Of a stretch of 64,000 bases of DNA, positions 10,015-19,800 are shown in pieces. Each line of letters starts with the position of its first letter. The stretch's first letter is position 1. The stretch spans positions 169,166-233,165 of the forward strand of contig JAHPZJ010000013.1 of NCBI GenBank assembly GCA_019058245.1. The letters are read 5' to 3'. A program made the translations under genes and the position numbers. The notes under the pieces were generated by a model. The model ran no database searches. It had not been told where the DNA came from and saw only the letters and a list, made by a program, of their open reading frames with translations. This stretch comes from Promethearchaeota archaeon (lineage in GTDB: Archaea > Asgardarchaeota > Lokiarchaeia > Sigyniarchaeales > SOKP01).

Positions 10015-10749
10015 TTATAAATTCTTTAAAATTATTTTTTCATATATATCTATTTCTTTAAAATAATTATCTTTATATCCAATTTCCCAATTTGAATTTG
10101 AAATTCTTTGCCGCAATGATTCTAAATTAAGCACAGATCTAAAATATAATAATAATATGATTCTAATCGAATGTGACTTTAAAATTTTGTAGTTCTCTAA
10201 TTCATCTAAAGCATTAAACAAATAATCTAAGTCTGGAAAAAATTTACTTAATATTTGTGTGCAGAGTGTTTCTAAATCAGAATCCTTTGAATTTAATATT
10301 CGAAATAAATTCTTTTTCATACTATTTGGAAATTCTTTTAAATTTAAAATTACTCGAAGAGCATTAATTTTAATTGGAGTATAATCATCATTTATAGCAT
10401 TATTTATTAAGTCTATAACTGGGTCAGTTATATCAGAATTTGCAGTAATTTTTTCAATCGCTTGCATTATCTCATTTCGAATCCATCTATCTGATGTATA
10501 ATAGGCCTCCAATAAAAATGTTAGATACTTCTCATTTAATATTGTTGTTTTACCAATCTCTCCTATAAAAAATATTAAATTTATTTTGACCTTATTAAAA
10601 ATCTGTTTATTTAAATTCTGAATTAAGTAATCTATATATATTAGATAATCCTTATTTGGGTTTTCACTTATTTTTATTAAAAAATCATTTATAACTTCTG
10701 GATCTTTGGCATCTTTTATTTCTTCAAAGTCCTTATTCAAAAATTCCAT
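10015..10749 (-). CDS. HEAT/ARM-like repeat protein
   Basis: Amphipathic helical repeats: FFIGEIG, DRWIRNEIMQAIEKI, DDYTPIKINALRVI. Confidence 0.7.
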   Translation of the reverse strand: MEFLNKDFEEIKDAKDPEVINDFLIKISENPNKDYLIYIDYLIQNLNKQIFNKVKINLIFFIGEIGKTTILNEKYLTFLLEAYYTSDRWIRNEIMQAIEKITANSDITDPVIDLINNAINDDYTPIKINALRVILNLKEFPNSMKKNLFRILNSKDSDLETLCTQILSKFFPDLDYLFNALDELENYKILKSHSIRIILLLYFRSVLNLESLRQRISNSNWEIGYKDNYFKEIDIYEKIILKNL

Positions 10750-10904
10750 AGATCTAAAGATTATATTTTATTTATATAGATTATTAACGAATATTTTAAA
10801 GTTTTTATCATTTCAGTTTTATAAATTAAATAACCGGATAAGAAATTATATGAAGAAAGAGAAAAGGAAAAAAAAAAAAGACTTTTTTTAATGATAAAAA
10901 TATT

Positions 10905-11141
10905 TTATTTTACAGCTTCAAAATAAATATACCATTGTTCATCATCATCAATGAATTCTGTTCCCAAATGTTTATGTTTAGTTTTTGCTAAATCACGTGG
11001 AACAGATTCACTTGCCGGTTTGTAATCTGTTATTACTTTTAAAACAGTTCCTGGTCTCATTTTCATGAGTTGTTTTTTGGTTTTTAAAGCAGGAACAGGA
11101 CATACCGACCCGCAGACATTTAATTCCATATCATATTTCAT
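10905..11141 (-). CDS. tusA: TusA/SirA family sulfur carrier (copy 2, last gene of operon)
   Basis: 78 aa, GSVCPVP motif, GTVLKVITD. Confidence 0.88.
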   Translation of the reverse strand: MKYDMELNVCGSVCPVPALKTKKQLMKMRPGTVLKVITDYKPASESVPRDLAKTKHKHLGTEFIDDDEQWYIYFEAVK

Positions 11142-11181
11142 TTTATTTACCTCATTACATTATTATTTTAATTTTTTAATT

Positions 11182-13650
11182 TTAATCACATATAATCGAA
11201 AATATTGGTTCCTCCATCTTAGGTTCAGATTTCATCTCTAATTCCATTAATTGAACTAAACGGAGTGCTTCATACCTTGCTTTCTTAGGATCGAGACCTG
11301 TTTGGTTTACGATCTCTGTAATAGTACTAGGACCTTGAAGTGATATATAGTTTAAGACTTGTTGTCTTGGAGTTTTTTCAAATTTCATCAATTCACGTTT
11401 AGTTTTCAGGTTAATAGCATCTTTCAAAGCTTCCTCGTCAACTTTTCCTTGTTCGAATAAACCTTTTTTAATAGCATCTTCAACAAGCTTTTTGCCTCGT
11501 TCTGTCCATACTAACACTGTAGTATAGCCTTCTTTCGAACCTACCTCACCAGCAGTAAGATCTGAATATATGGCAGGGAAATCTTGACAATGAGAACAGA
11601 AATGATTACAACTTAGACATCTTCGAGCTTCTTGTAAAGCCATTTCTTCATTAAACATCTGATCAATTTCATCAAAATTCCAATTAATCTCTTCAGTTGC
11701 TGCGTCTAAAGTTTCTGGTTTCAGAGAATAATCTTTTGGAGGTTTCTTAGGGCCTGTAAAAAATGATTTATCTATCTTATATCTTCCTTCCATCAAATTC
11801 TCTCCCTTTAAATATCTATCAATAGAAATTGCTGCTTCTTTTCCATGAGCAATTGCAGCAATAGCTACAGCTTTAGAATTACTAATAATATCTCCACCAG
11901 CAAAAACTCCAGGAATATTAGTTTCAAACGTTATTTCATTTACTTTAATTCTATTTCGCTCTTTTTCTAATTCATTATTTGTTGCAACATCTATCTGTTC
12001 GAAATCTACGGCCTGACCGACTGCTATTACAATGGAATCAACAATTATTTTATAATCCGATCCTTCAATTTTATTTAATGGTCTCCTTCCATTCTTATCG
12101 GGATTACCCCATTCAATATTATAACAATTTAAAACTAATTTTTCATCTCTATCCTGAGTAATTTTAGAAGTGGAAGTCGTGAAGTGAAAATTTATAAACT
12201 CCATTTCATTTTCAGGAATATCTCTTAAGACCAATTCAAGTTGTTCTTTTGACATGATATCAACAAGATGAACTTTTTCAGCACCTAGTCTAAGAGCCGT
12301 TTGAGCAACATCAACTGCAACTGCCCCTCCTCCAATTATGCCTAAAGTTTTACCTTTAAATTCTTCTTTATTTTCCCAGTATCGATATTTTCTATCCATC
12401 AGGAAATGAATTGCCACATGCACATTTGGTAAATTTTCACCTTCTAAGTGTAAAGTACGAGGTTTATATTGTCCAGTAGCAATAAATATAGCCTCAAATC
12501 CTTCATTATTCAAATCTTTAATAGTCATCTCAGGACCCAATGGTTTATTTAGTTTTACTTCGACACCAGAATCTATGATTCTACCTACATCATAATCTAG
12601 TACATAATTAGGTAATCTAAATTGTGGTACACCAAATCTTAGCATTCCTCCAATTTGATCTGTCTTTTCAAATATTGTAGGGGCATAACCCTTTCTCCTT
12701 AAAAAATATGCCGCTGTTAATCCCGCTGGTCCGGATCCAATAATTGCTATTTTTTTAGCATTTTTAGGTAATTTGGCGTTTACTTTTGCTCTATTTTTAG
12801 CACTTTCAATTTCCCATTCAGTAACAAATTTTTTTAATTCACGAATCGCAACAGGATGATCATCTCCAATTAATGTACAACCATGTTCACACTCATTTGT
12901 ACAAATTCTTCCACATATAGAGGGAAGTGGATTGTTTTCTCTAATTAAGTCTACAGCATCTTGATATTTGCCTTGACGTATTAATGAAATATAGCCTTGA
13001 GCATTAACACCAGAAGGACAGCCATTGCAACATGGAGAACAAACTAAGCCTTTATCAGTTTGTTCTGTTCTCATTTGGGAACTACAAAATAAACCAATTT
13101 TTAAAATTTCTCTATTCATTTCTTCTTCAAGATCAGCAGCTCCACGCATTTCACATGGTACACCTACAATACCAATTGGATCAAATGTTTTCCCTGTAAG
13201 TTCTACTAATCGTTTTAGGACACCAGATCTACCATAAATAACACCAGCTTTTTGGATTACTTCATTAGGATCTGACACAATCTCGGCTGCAGGCTTCTCA
13301 TCTTCTTCTTGAACCATTACAACCTCTTTAATAGATTTACTTCCTAACAATTCTTTAACAAAAGTAGTTACAAATCCTCCACTTGAAGCTTTCTTTAAAA
13401 TATCTGGATCTTTACTTCTTAACGAATAAATCGCAAAGGGTTGCTCCTTTTTAAATTTTTTCTGGATTACTTGAGGACAATTTTGATAACATTTTCCACA
13501 ATCTTGCCCATCTCTTTCTAATATACAATAGTCTTTTAAAGTAGGACGTCTTAGATCCATTTCAATATGTTTACATGAACCAGCACATAATCCACATCCT
13601 TGACATAGACCGGCATCTATAATTTCTTGTCTTAATAATTCAAAACTCAT
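11182..13650 (-). CDS. Mosaic oxidoreductase: 2x[4Fe-4S] + FrhB/FdhB-like domains with an inserted GltD/NfnB-type FAD/NAD(P)H module + C-terminal wHTH-like segment
   Basis: CQGCGLC/CGKCYQNCP; FrhB motifs SSGGFVT, VGVPCE, IGLFC; inserted CPSG..CGRIC..CEHGC, GSGPAGL, GGGAVAVD, FAGGD, EARRCLSC; then the FrhB C-terminus resumes with CSHCQDF..DLTAG..GYTTVLVWTERG. Confidence 0.8.
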   Translation of the reverse strand: MSFELLRQEIIDAGLCQGCGLCAGSCKHIEMDLRRPTLKDYCILERDGQDCGKCYQNCPQVIQKKFKKEQPFAIYSLRSKDPDILKKASSGGFVTTFVKELLGSKSIKEVVMVQEEDEKPAAEIVSDPNEVIQKAGVIYGRSGVLKRLVELTGKTFDPIGIVGVPCEMRGAADLEEEMNREILKIGLFCSSQMRTEQTDKGLVCSPCCNGCPSGVNAQGYISLIRQGKYQDAVDLIRENNPLPSICGRICTNECEHGCTLIGDDHPVAIRELKKFVTEWEIESAKNRAKVNAKLPKNAKKIAIIGSGPAGLTAAYFLRRKGYAPTIFEKTDQIGGMLRFGVPQFRLPNYVLDYDVGRIIDSGVEVKLNKPLGPEMTIKDLNNEGFEAIFIATGQYKPRTLHLEGENLPNVHVAIHFLMDRKYRYWENKEEFKGKTLGIIGGGAVAVDVAQTALRLGAEKVHLVDIMSKEQLELVLRDIPENEMEFINFHFTTSTSKITQDRDEKLVLNCYNIEWGNPDKNGRRPLNKIEGSDYKIIVDSIVIAVGQAVDFEQIDVATNNELEKERNRIKVNEITFETNIPGVFAGGDIISNSKAVAIAAIAHGKEAAISIDRYLKGENLMEGRYKIDKSFFTGPKKPPKDYSLKPETLDAATEEINWNFDEIDQMFNEEMALQEARRCLSCNHFCSHCQDFPAIYSDLTAGEVGSKEGYTTVLVWTERGKKLVEDAIKKGLFEQGKVDEEALKDAINLKTKRELMKFEKTPRQQVLNYISLQGPSTITEIVNQTGLDPKKARYEALRLVQLMELEMKSEPKMEEPIFSIICD

Positions 13651-14888
13651 ACATATCCCTCTTTAATTTTAATTTTTTTTACAATACCAATTGGATCAAT
13701 TGTAAATTCAATTGAACCATTCTTATATGTTCCTTCGATCACTTCAAAAGGGTGTGCCTTATATTCTTCAAAGTCATCATTCTCATCAATTTGCGACCTA
13801 AATCCTCCATAAGATAAATTAGATAAATTCATATTTCCAGCAATTTTTCGAATTTCTTCAGTGATTTTCTTATATTGTTCTGGATCTTTACTCTGAATTG
13901 CTTTTTGAAGTGCATTTTCCAGTTTTAGTAATTGATTTCGATAATTTTTCGTTTTTTCACTTACTTTAATATTATTAGCTTCCTCATAAGTTTCAATTAT
14001 TTTTAGAGTCAATGAGATTGAATGATCTCCTCCTAATAACCCAGAAATCAGAGGCAACTCTTCAATAAGTCTTCCAGTAAAAACATCCTCTAATAAATTT
14101 CCATTTGAAGGAATTCGACCTTTTGGCAATCCTGATGTAGGTAAAGTAAATCTAAAGAAATTACCTACAATATCAGGCAAACTTGCAGTTATATCATCAT
14201 CTTCATCAGCTAATTTATCAGTTGCTCCCTTTTCAGAATGTTCAGTCGCAACTTCAATATTTCCCATAAGAGTTCCAAACATTCCCAACATTCTGATTCC
14301 AGAACGTTCTATTATTGGTTTACAACCTCTACATGGAGCATTATAGTCAATACACCTTTCTTTACATTCTTTTGAAACAAATCCATTGCAAAGATACCCA
14401 AGATCATTGAAACATGTCTCGTTATCCTCTAACTCAATTTGTCGTTTTAACTCATCTAAATAATCACATGTTTTTCGTCTTTCGCATACAATACAGAGAT
14501 TTTGTAATTTTGGGAGTTCATTATCTTCAATCTCAAATTTCAGTTCCTCAATTTCCCCTAAACAACCATTAATATTAATTGTATCTTCGATAAAATTCTT
14601 TAATGGAGATACATCATGACCTTTTTGATTAGCCAGAGCAAAAATACCTCCTGATGTAGCACAATTTCCATAAGCAATTACTCTTTCTGAATTTGCTTTT
14701 ATCTTATTTAGGGTTTCTTTATTCTTTGAAAGTAAAAATCCAGTAATTATTGATATATCGGTCTTTTGTTCTTTCCAATTTTGAGGATCTTGTATAAATT
14801 CTATGTTATATTTGGATTCTCCTTTTAGAAGAATCGTCTCATTAAAGCATTTATTACATCCATTAAACTGGAATATTCTAACATCCAT
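13647..14888 (-). CDS. MvhG/FrhG-like [NiFe]-hydrogenase small-subunit homolog with C-terminal extension
   Basis: GCNKC, YGNCATSGG, INGC proximal-cluster motifs; CIVC..CF..GYLCNG..C..C..PCRGC medial/distal cluster motifs. Confidence 0.75.
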   Translation of the reverse strand: MDVRIFQFNGCNKCFNETILLKGESKYNIEFIQDPQNWKEQKTDISIITGFLLSKNKETLNKIKANSERVIAYGNCATSGGIFALANQKGHDVSPLKNFIEDTININGCLGEIEELKFEIEDNELPKLQNLCIVCERRKTCDYLDELKRQIELEDNETCFNDLGYLCNGFVSKECKERCIDYNAPCRGCKPIIERSGIRMLGMFGTLMGNIEVATEHSEKGATDKLADEDDDITASLPDIVGNFFRFTLPTSGLPKGRIPSNGNLLEDVFTGRLIEELPLISGLLGGDHSISLTLKIIETYEEANNIKVSEKTKNYRNQLLKLENALQKAIQSKDPEQYKKITEEIRKIAGNMNLSNLSYGGFRSQIDENDDFEEYKAHPFEVIEGTYKNGSIEFTIDPIGIVKKIKIKEGYV

Positions 14889-15330
14889 CTTTGAAAGTCC
14901 CCTCCTCTCTAATTGCAGTTGCTAATCGTTCTACAATATCTTCAAAGTCTCCGACTGCTGTTTCTCCCTCTGCAGCTCTCGAAGTATATTGATTAACAAA
15001 CTGATCACTATAACCTAACTCCTTAAATAATTTTTTCATTAATTTTATTCTATGCATGGATAAAATATTCCCATTAAAGAAATGACATGCACCTAAACAA
15101 CAACCAACACAAGCAACTGCATCAGCTCCATTGTCTAAAGCGTCCATAATCTGAATAGGACCAACTTGACCTGTACATTGGACTCGAACTATTCGAATTG
15201 CAGGATTATATGCCATTCGAGCAACTCCTGCAGTGTTTGCTGAACCTTGTCCGCATTCATTACACATAAAAACTACAATATTTTCCATCTTTTCCAATAC
15301 TTCTGGTTCAATATATTCACATTCACTCAT
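14878..15330 (-). CDS. mvhD: MvhD-like [2Fe-2S] subunit
   Basis: FMCNEC, RVQCTG, GADAV..GC..GACH. Start set at ATG 15330, which follows GGAGGAGGTG and overlaps the hdrA stop (track start 15345). Confidence 0.85.
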   Translation of the reverse strand: MSECEYIEPEVLEKMENIVVFMCNECGQGSANTAGVARMAYNPAIRIVRVQCTGQVGPIQIMDALDNGADAVACVGCCLGACHFFNGNILSMHRIKLMKKLFKELGYSDQFVNQYTSRAAEGETAVGDFEDIVERLATAIREEGTFKDGC

Positions 15331-17359
15331 TTTCGCATATAGCACCTCCTCCTGAAATTGCGATTATTTCATCTAATAGTTGATCATCGCTAAAATTTAA
15401 TAATTGAATTGCTCCTGTAGGACATACAGGCATACACATACCGCACGATTTGCAAGCAACTTCATTTATCTTAGGTGTCCCATCATTATTTATTTCTATC
15501 GCCGCTGGTGCACAAACAGTCTTACATAAACCACATCTAACGCATAATTCATAATCTACTGAAGGAATTAACATCTCTTTTTCAATATATCCTTTAACCA
15601 ATGGAGCAGCAGCTATTGCAGCAGCATTACCTGCTTGAGCAACACTTTCAGAAATATCTTTAGGACCTTGAATTGCTCCCGCTAAAAATATTCCTCCTTT
15701 ACTGCTTAAAGTTGGATTCATCTTAATGTGGAATTCTTTTAAAAATCCTTCTTTTGAGCGTAGAACCTGTAGTTTTGATCCTAACGGACCGATACCTTCG
15801 GGTGGAACCATTGCAGCTGATAGTACAACCATATCTGCTTTTAACTTTAAAGGAGTTTGACTTAAAGTATCTTCAACAATTACTCTCAGATTCCCAGAAA
15901 TTGGATCTCTTACTATTTCGGAAGGACGTCCTCTAATAAATCTTACTCCAATTTCCTGTGCAGATTTATATAATTCCTCAAAATTCAATCCAGGTGTCCT
16001 TATATCAATATAACAAATAGTAACATCCGAATCTGGATACATTTCTTTTACAATCCTTGCATTTTTAATTGCGAATTTGCAGCAAACTCCTGTACAATAT
16101 TGATTCCCTACTTGATCGTTTCTACTTCCTACACATTGTATCATTACGATACTTTTGGGAATTTTTCCATCAGAAAGACGTAAAACTTGACTGTTAGTGA
16201 GAGAACCAGGAGCTAACATCCTTTCTAATTGGAGTTGTGTTATAACATCTTCATACCCCTCTTGACCATAATGGTATGCCTCAATCTCTGAAGGGTCATA
16301 CTCGTCATAACCAGCCGCTACAACAATAGAACCAACTTTAAAAGTTTTAGTTTCTGTTTGCATTGTAAAATCTACTGCTTGTACGGGACAAACATTAATA
16401 CATGTATTACATTCTATACAACTCTTTTTATCTCTCATATATGTGGCGGGAATTGCTTGTGGATATGCTTTATAAATTGCATTTCTCATTGACATTCCAC
16501 TATCCCATTCACTAGGTACTTCAACAGGACAATGTAGGGCACATTCACCGCAAGAAGTACAATTATCTTTAACATATCTTGGTTTTATTTCAACCTCTAC
16601 TTCAAAATTACCCATTGAACCCTCTACACTCTTAACTTGAGCATTAGTATAAAGTTCTATTAATGGATGATTAGCTACTCCATTAGTTAGTGGAGAAATA
16701 CTACATTGTGGACATTCCAATGTTGGAAAAGTTTTATTTAATTGTGTCATATGTCCTCCGATTGTAGACAATTTTTCTATTAAATAAACAGGAATTCCTA
16801 ACTCTGCTAAATCATATGATGCACGAAGCCCTGCAATGCCAGCACCAATAACTAATGCAGCTTTCGTTGTAGGAATTCTCCGTGTCTCAACATCTTTTAA
16901 CTTTCTTGCCCTATTTACTCCAGCTTCTACTAACCTCATTGCTTTATTGGTTGCTTTATCTTTCTCTTTTTGATGTACCCAACTATTAAATTCTCTAATA
17001 TTTACTTGTTGATGTCTATGTCTATTAAGTCCCATTTCTTCTATTGCTTTAGCAAAAGTCTTTCCATGTTGGTTTTTTGAGCATGAAGCCACCACTGTTC
17101 TATTAACATCTAATTTTTCAATTGAATCTTTAAGCATTTGAACTCCCGGTTTTGAACACATAAACATATAATGTTCAGCTTTAATCACATTAGGTAAATC
17201 TCTAGCATAATCTGCTACTTTAGCAACATCAACAGTTCCTGCGATATTATGCCCACAATGACATACAAAAACTCCTATTCTAGGTTCTTCTTCTTGTTTA
17301 TTTTTATCTTTTTTGCTTATAACGTTTGATTCAGTTATTTTTTCATCTTTTACGGTCAT
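15323..17359 (-). CDS. hdrA: Heterodisulfide reductase subunit A
   Basis: RIGVFVCHCG.NIAG, NIRE..SWVH, GAGIAG, KTFPTLECPQC, IQCVGSR..YCTGVCC, GPKDI, inserted and C-terminal ferredoxin motifs. Confidence 0.95.
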   Translation of the reverse strand: MTVKDEKITESNVISKKDKNKQEEEPRIGVFVCHCGHNIAGTVDVAKVADYARDLPNVIKAEHYMFMCSKPGVQMLKDSIEKLDVNRTVVASCSKNQHGKTFAKAIEEMGLNRHRHQQVNIREFNSWVHQKEKDKATNKAMRLVEAGVNRARKLKDVETRRIPTTKAALVIGAGIAGLRASYDLAELGIPVYLIEKLSTIGGHMTQLNKTFPTLECPQCSISPLTNGVANHPLIELYTNAQVKSVEGSMGNFEVEVEIKPRYVKDNCTSCGECALHCPVEVPSEWDSGMSMRNAIYKAYPQAIPATYMRDKKSCIECNTCINVCPVQAVDFTMQTETKTFKVGSIVVAAGYDEYDPSEIEAYHYGQEGYEDVITQLQLERMLAPGSLTNSQVLRLSDGKIPKSIVMIQCVGSRNDQVGNQYCTGVCCKFAIKNARIVKEMYPDSDVTICYIDIRTPGLNFEELYKSAQEIGVRFIRGRPSEIVRDPISGNLRVIVEDTLSQTPLKLKADMVVLSAAMVPPEGIGPLGSKLQVLRSKEGFLKEFHIKMNPTLSSKGGIFLAGAIQGPKDISESVAQAGNAAAIAAAPLVKGYIEKEMLIPSVDYELCVRCGLCKTVCAPAAIEINNDGTPKINEVACKSCGMCMPVCPTGAIQLLNFSDDQLLDEIIAISGGGAICENE

Positions 17360-18277
17360 TTAAGCAACCTCCTCTTCTTTAGTCAATTCTTCTCCCCCAA
17401 AAATAAAATCTCGTCCCATTAATTGATATTGAAGACCAATAAATTCTTGGTCCATTCCCATACAATAGGCAACAAGCTGGGAGATATGAATTACAGGATA
17501 ATCATAATTACAGCTTTTATTTTTATTTAAATAATCTTGCCCTGTCTCAAATTGTAAATGACAAAATGGACAGATATCCAATATTATATCTGGTTTTACC
17601 TCATCGATATTTTTCATTTTTTCTGCAAATATAGTCATACTTGCATTGCCATCGTAAGCTTTTACTCCTCCACCTGCACCACAACAAGTAAGTTGTTCTT
17701 TAAATCGTACAGATTCGATTCCTAATGCTTCAACAAAATCTTCGATAATTGTTGGACCTTCAGAACTTTCAATTTCTCTAATTCTCGTTGGCTTTAAGAA
17801 ATGGCAACCATAATGAATCGCAGCTTTAACATTTACTTTCCTTACTATGTAATCTTCAATCCCCCAAGGTCCAATTTCATATCCTAAAACTTCAGCTATA
17901 TGACGTACGTTAATCGTACCTTTAAATTCATAGTCTCCAAGTAATTTAAGTTTCTTATTGACCATTTCACGATGTTCTTCGTTTTGTTTAAGATGTTTAT
18001 TTACTTCTTGGAGTGTACCAAAGCATCCATTACAAACTGTTAAAATATCAGCATCCAATTTTTCTGCAATACATAAATTTCTTGCTGCTGCCACCATCCA
18101 ATCAAATTTATTAAAAGAACGGAAAACTCCTGGAGCAGGGCAACAAGTTGCTCTTTCCATATCTAAGAGTTCATATCCTAATTTTTCCATGACAAATTTT
18201 GTTGATTTCTCGATAGCAGGATATCGATTTGGCATTATACACCCTAAAAAGAATGCAAATGTGTTTTCTTTAACCAT
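17360..18277 (-). CDS. hdrB: Heterodisulfide reductase subunit B
   Basis: FLGC, CCPAPG, CNGC, HYGCH, CCGAGGG, CPFCHLQF (two CCG domains). Confidence 0.95.
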   Translation of the reverse strand: MVKENTFAFFLGCIMPNRYPAIEKSTKFVMEKLGYELLDMERATCCPAPGVFRSFNKFDWMVAAARNLCIAEKLDADILTVCNGCFGTLQEVNKHLKQNEEHREMVNKKLKLLGDYEFKGTINVRHIAEVLGYEIGPWGIEDYIVRKVNVKAAIHYGCHFLKPTRIREIESSEGPTIIEDFVEALGIESVRFKEQLTCCGAGGGVKAYDGNASMTIFAEKMKNIDEVKPDIILDICPFCHLQFETGQDYLNKNKSCNYDYPVIHISQLVAYCMGMDQEFIGLQYQLMGRDFIFGGEELTKEEEVA

Positions 18278-18279
18278 TT

Positions 18280-18837
18280 TTATGACTCCTCCTCTTCTTT
18301 TTTCTCCTCCTTAACTGGAGGTAAATCGAACATATATTCTTCAATCTTCTTTAAATCTTTATCATCACCCTCTTGTTTAAATTTAAACGCAGTAGGGGGT
18401 AATTCTTCTAATCCTAATTCGACTCGTCGTTTTCTTACCTCATCATTTATTGGTACAGCATGTCCAAAATTCTTCAAGTATCCTACGACAGCTCTATGAT
18501 TAGGAGAAATATTGCCTAATTTAGTCGCATAATTCCTTAATTCCATAATTACATCGGTAGGTCTTACATCACGTGGACATCGTTCATAACATTGATAACA
18601 TGTCGTACAAAGCCATATATCTGGATCTTTTAATACAGATAAATCTCCTAATACAACTTTTCTTATAATTGAACGAGTCTTTAAAGCAGTCCATCTTCCA
18701 CTTTCACAACTTGCCGTACAAGTTCCACACTGGATACACCGCCAAATATTTGATTTTCTTTCAATATTTTTGAAAAATTCTTGATCAAAATCTTCGTCTG
18801 TTTTATATTCTCTTGCTTGTTCTTCTACATCAGACGT
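18280..18837 (-). CDS. hdrC: Heterodisulfide reductase subunit C (185 aa, apparent ACG start)
   Basis: The track ORF (18280-18546) is only the C-terminal half. The frame stays open 97 codons upstream through CIQCGTCTASC and IWLCTTCYQCYERCPR to ACG at 18837, which follows AAGGTGA-TGATAA (in-frame TAA immediately before). Confidence 0.9.
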   Translation of the reverse strand, partial: TSDVEEQAREYKTDEDFDQEFFKNIERKSNIWRCIQCGTCTASCESGRWTALKTRSIIRKVVLGDLSVLKDPDIWLCTTCYQCYERCPRDVRPTDVIMELRNYATKLGNISPNHRAVVGYLKNFGHAVPINDEVRKRRVELGLEELPPTAFKFKQEGDDKDLKKIEEYMFDLPPVKEEKKEEEES

Positions 18838-18896
18838 TTATCATCACCTTTTTTAATATAAAATATAAAAAAAATTTTTTTTTGTTAATTTTTAAA

Positions 18897-19331
18897 TTAT
18901 AATGAAACTATTCTGCCACCATTACTCATTTCTAAAAATGAAGCAGCACCAACAGGATCTTCAACCCAATCAAGTAAATCTTCTCTCTTAATCCCCATTA
19001 ATTCCATTGTCATTTGACATGGATATAATTTCATATTTCCGTTATCAACAGCATCTTTAATCATTGCCCATGGATCCTCAATTCCAAATTTTTTCATTCT
19101 TTTCTTGAACATTTTTGCTGCCATACCTTTCATTGGAGTAGGCATTCCAGCAACTTTTGGTTTAAATTTCTTTTTTAAAAGATTTAATCCCCAAAAAGTA
19201 AAGAAAAAATTCATTTTAGTATCCATAGCATCACCTGTTGTTCCAAGGATCATCATCATTGCGAACTTTTCGAATGATTTGTCCTTTACAATAAAATTTA
19301 TTGTTTCAGCATCTTCTGCCATATATACCAC
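18897..19331 (-). CDS. DsrE2/DsrE-like family sulfur-transfer protein
   Basis: FFFTFWGL, YPCQMTMELMG, VGAASFL. Likely true start is ATG 19322 after GGTGG. Confidence 0.85.
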   Translation of the reverse strand: MVYMAEDAETINFIVKDKSFEKFAMMMILGTTGDAMDTKMNFFFTFWGLNLLKKKFKPKVAGMPTPMKGMAAKMFKKRMKKFGIEDPWAMIKDAVDNGNMKLYPCQMTMELMGIKREDLLDWVEDPVGAASFLEMSNGGRIVSL

Positions 19332-19442
19332 CTTTTTTTTTTTTTTTTTTTAAAAATTCCTTTTTTTTGTTTAATATTGTAAATTTTCTGGTTTTACCCA
19401 GAACTTATCAAAAAATTTTTTGATTTTTATTTTTTCATCTTA

Positions 19443-19784
19443 CTACATCCAGGATATTACTTTTGGTGTAGCATCAATAATATCTATTAGATCCTCATAT
19501 TCTATAGATTTAATTTTGCCATGTATGTATTCTGGATCTATACCTCGAGCTTTCATGTCTGATTTCATAGCAAATACGGCTACATCTAAACTGAGGAGTT
19601 CTTCCATTTCTGTTTGTATCTTTCCCTTTGTTGTTATGCCTATTATGCCATCATGAATTAAAACTAATCCAAGCTTTGAATTTTTTTTAATTTGACTTTT
19701 CAAAATAGGTAATAACCTCTGTAATTGATTCCCTGTTAATCCACTGAATCCAAACAAATAAATCATATCAAGATTTTCTGTCAT
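19443..19784 (-). CDS. DsrH/TusB family protein
   Basis: VLIHDGI, DMKARGI, IEYEDLIDII..VISW. Confidence 0.8.
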   Translation of the reverse strand: MTENLDMIYLFGFSGLTGNQLQRLLPILKSQIKKNSKLGLVLIHDGIIGITTKGKIQTEMEELLSLDVAVFAMKSDMKARGIDPEYIHGKIKSIEYEDLIDIIDATPKVISWM

Positions 19785-19800
19785 CTTTTTTTATCCCCCT

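Noticed and set aside
13647-15330. A complete Mvh/Frh [NiFe] hydrogenase
   Set aside because: No large subunit or maturation genes in the window.
14878-17359. Selenocysteine recoding in hdrA/mvhD (selenoprotein versions are known in Lokiarchaeia)
   Set aside because: Both frames are uninterrupted with Cys at the motif positions. The hdrA TGA falls at the normal C-terminus and overlaps the mvhD start.
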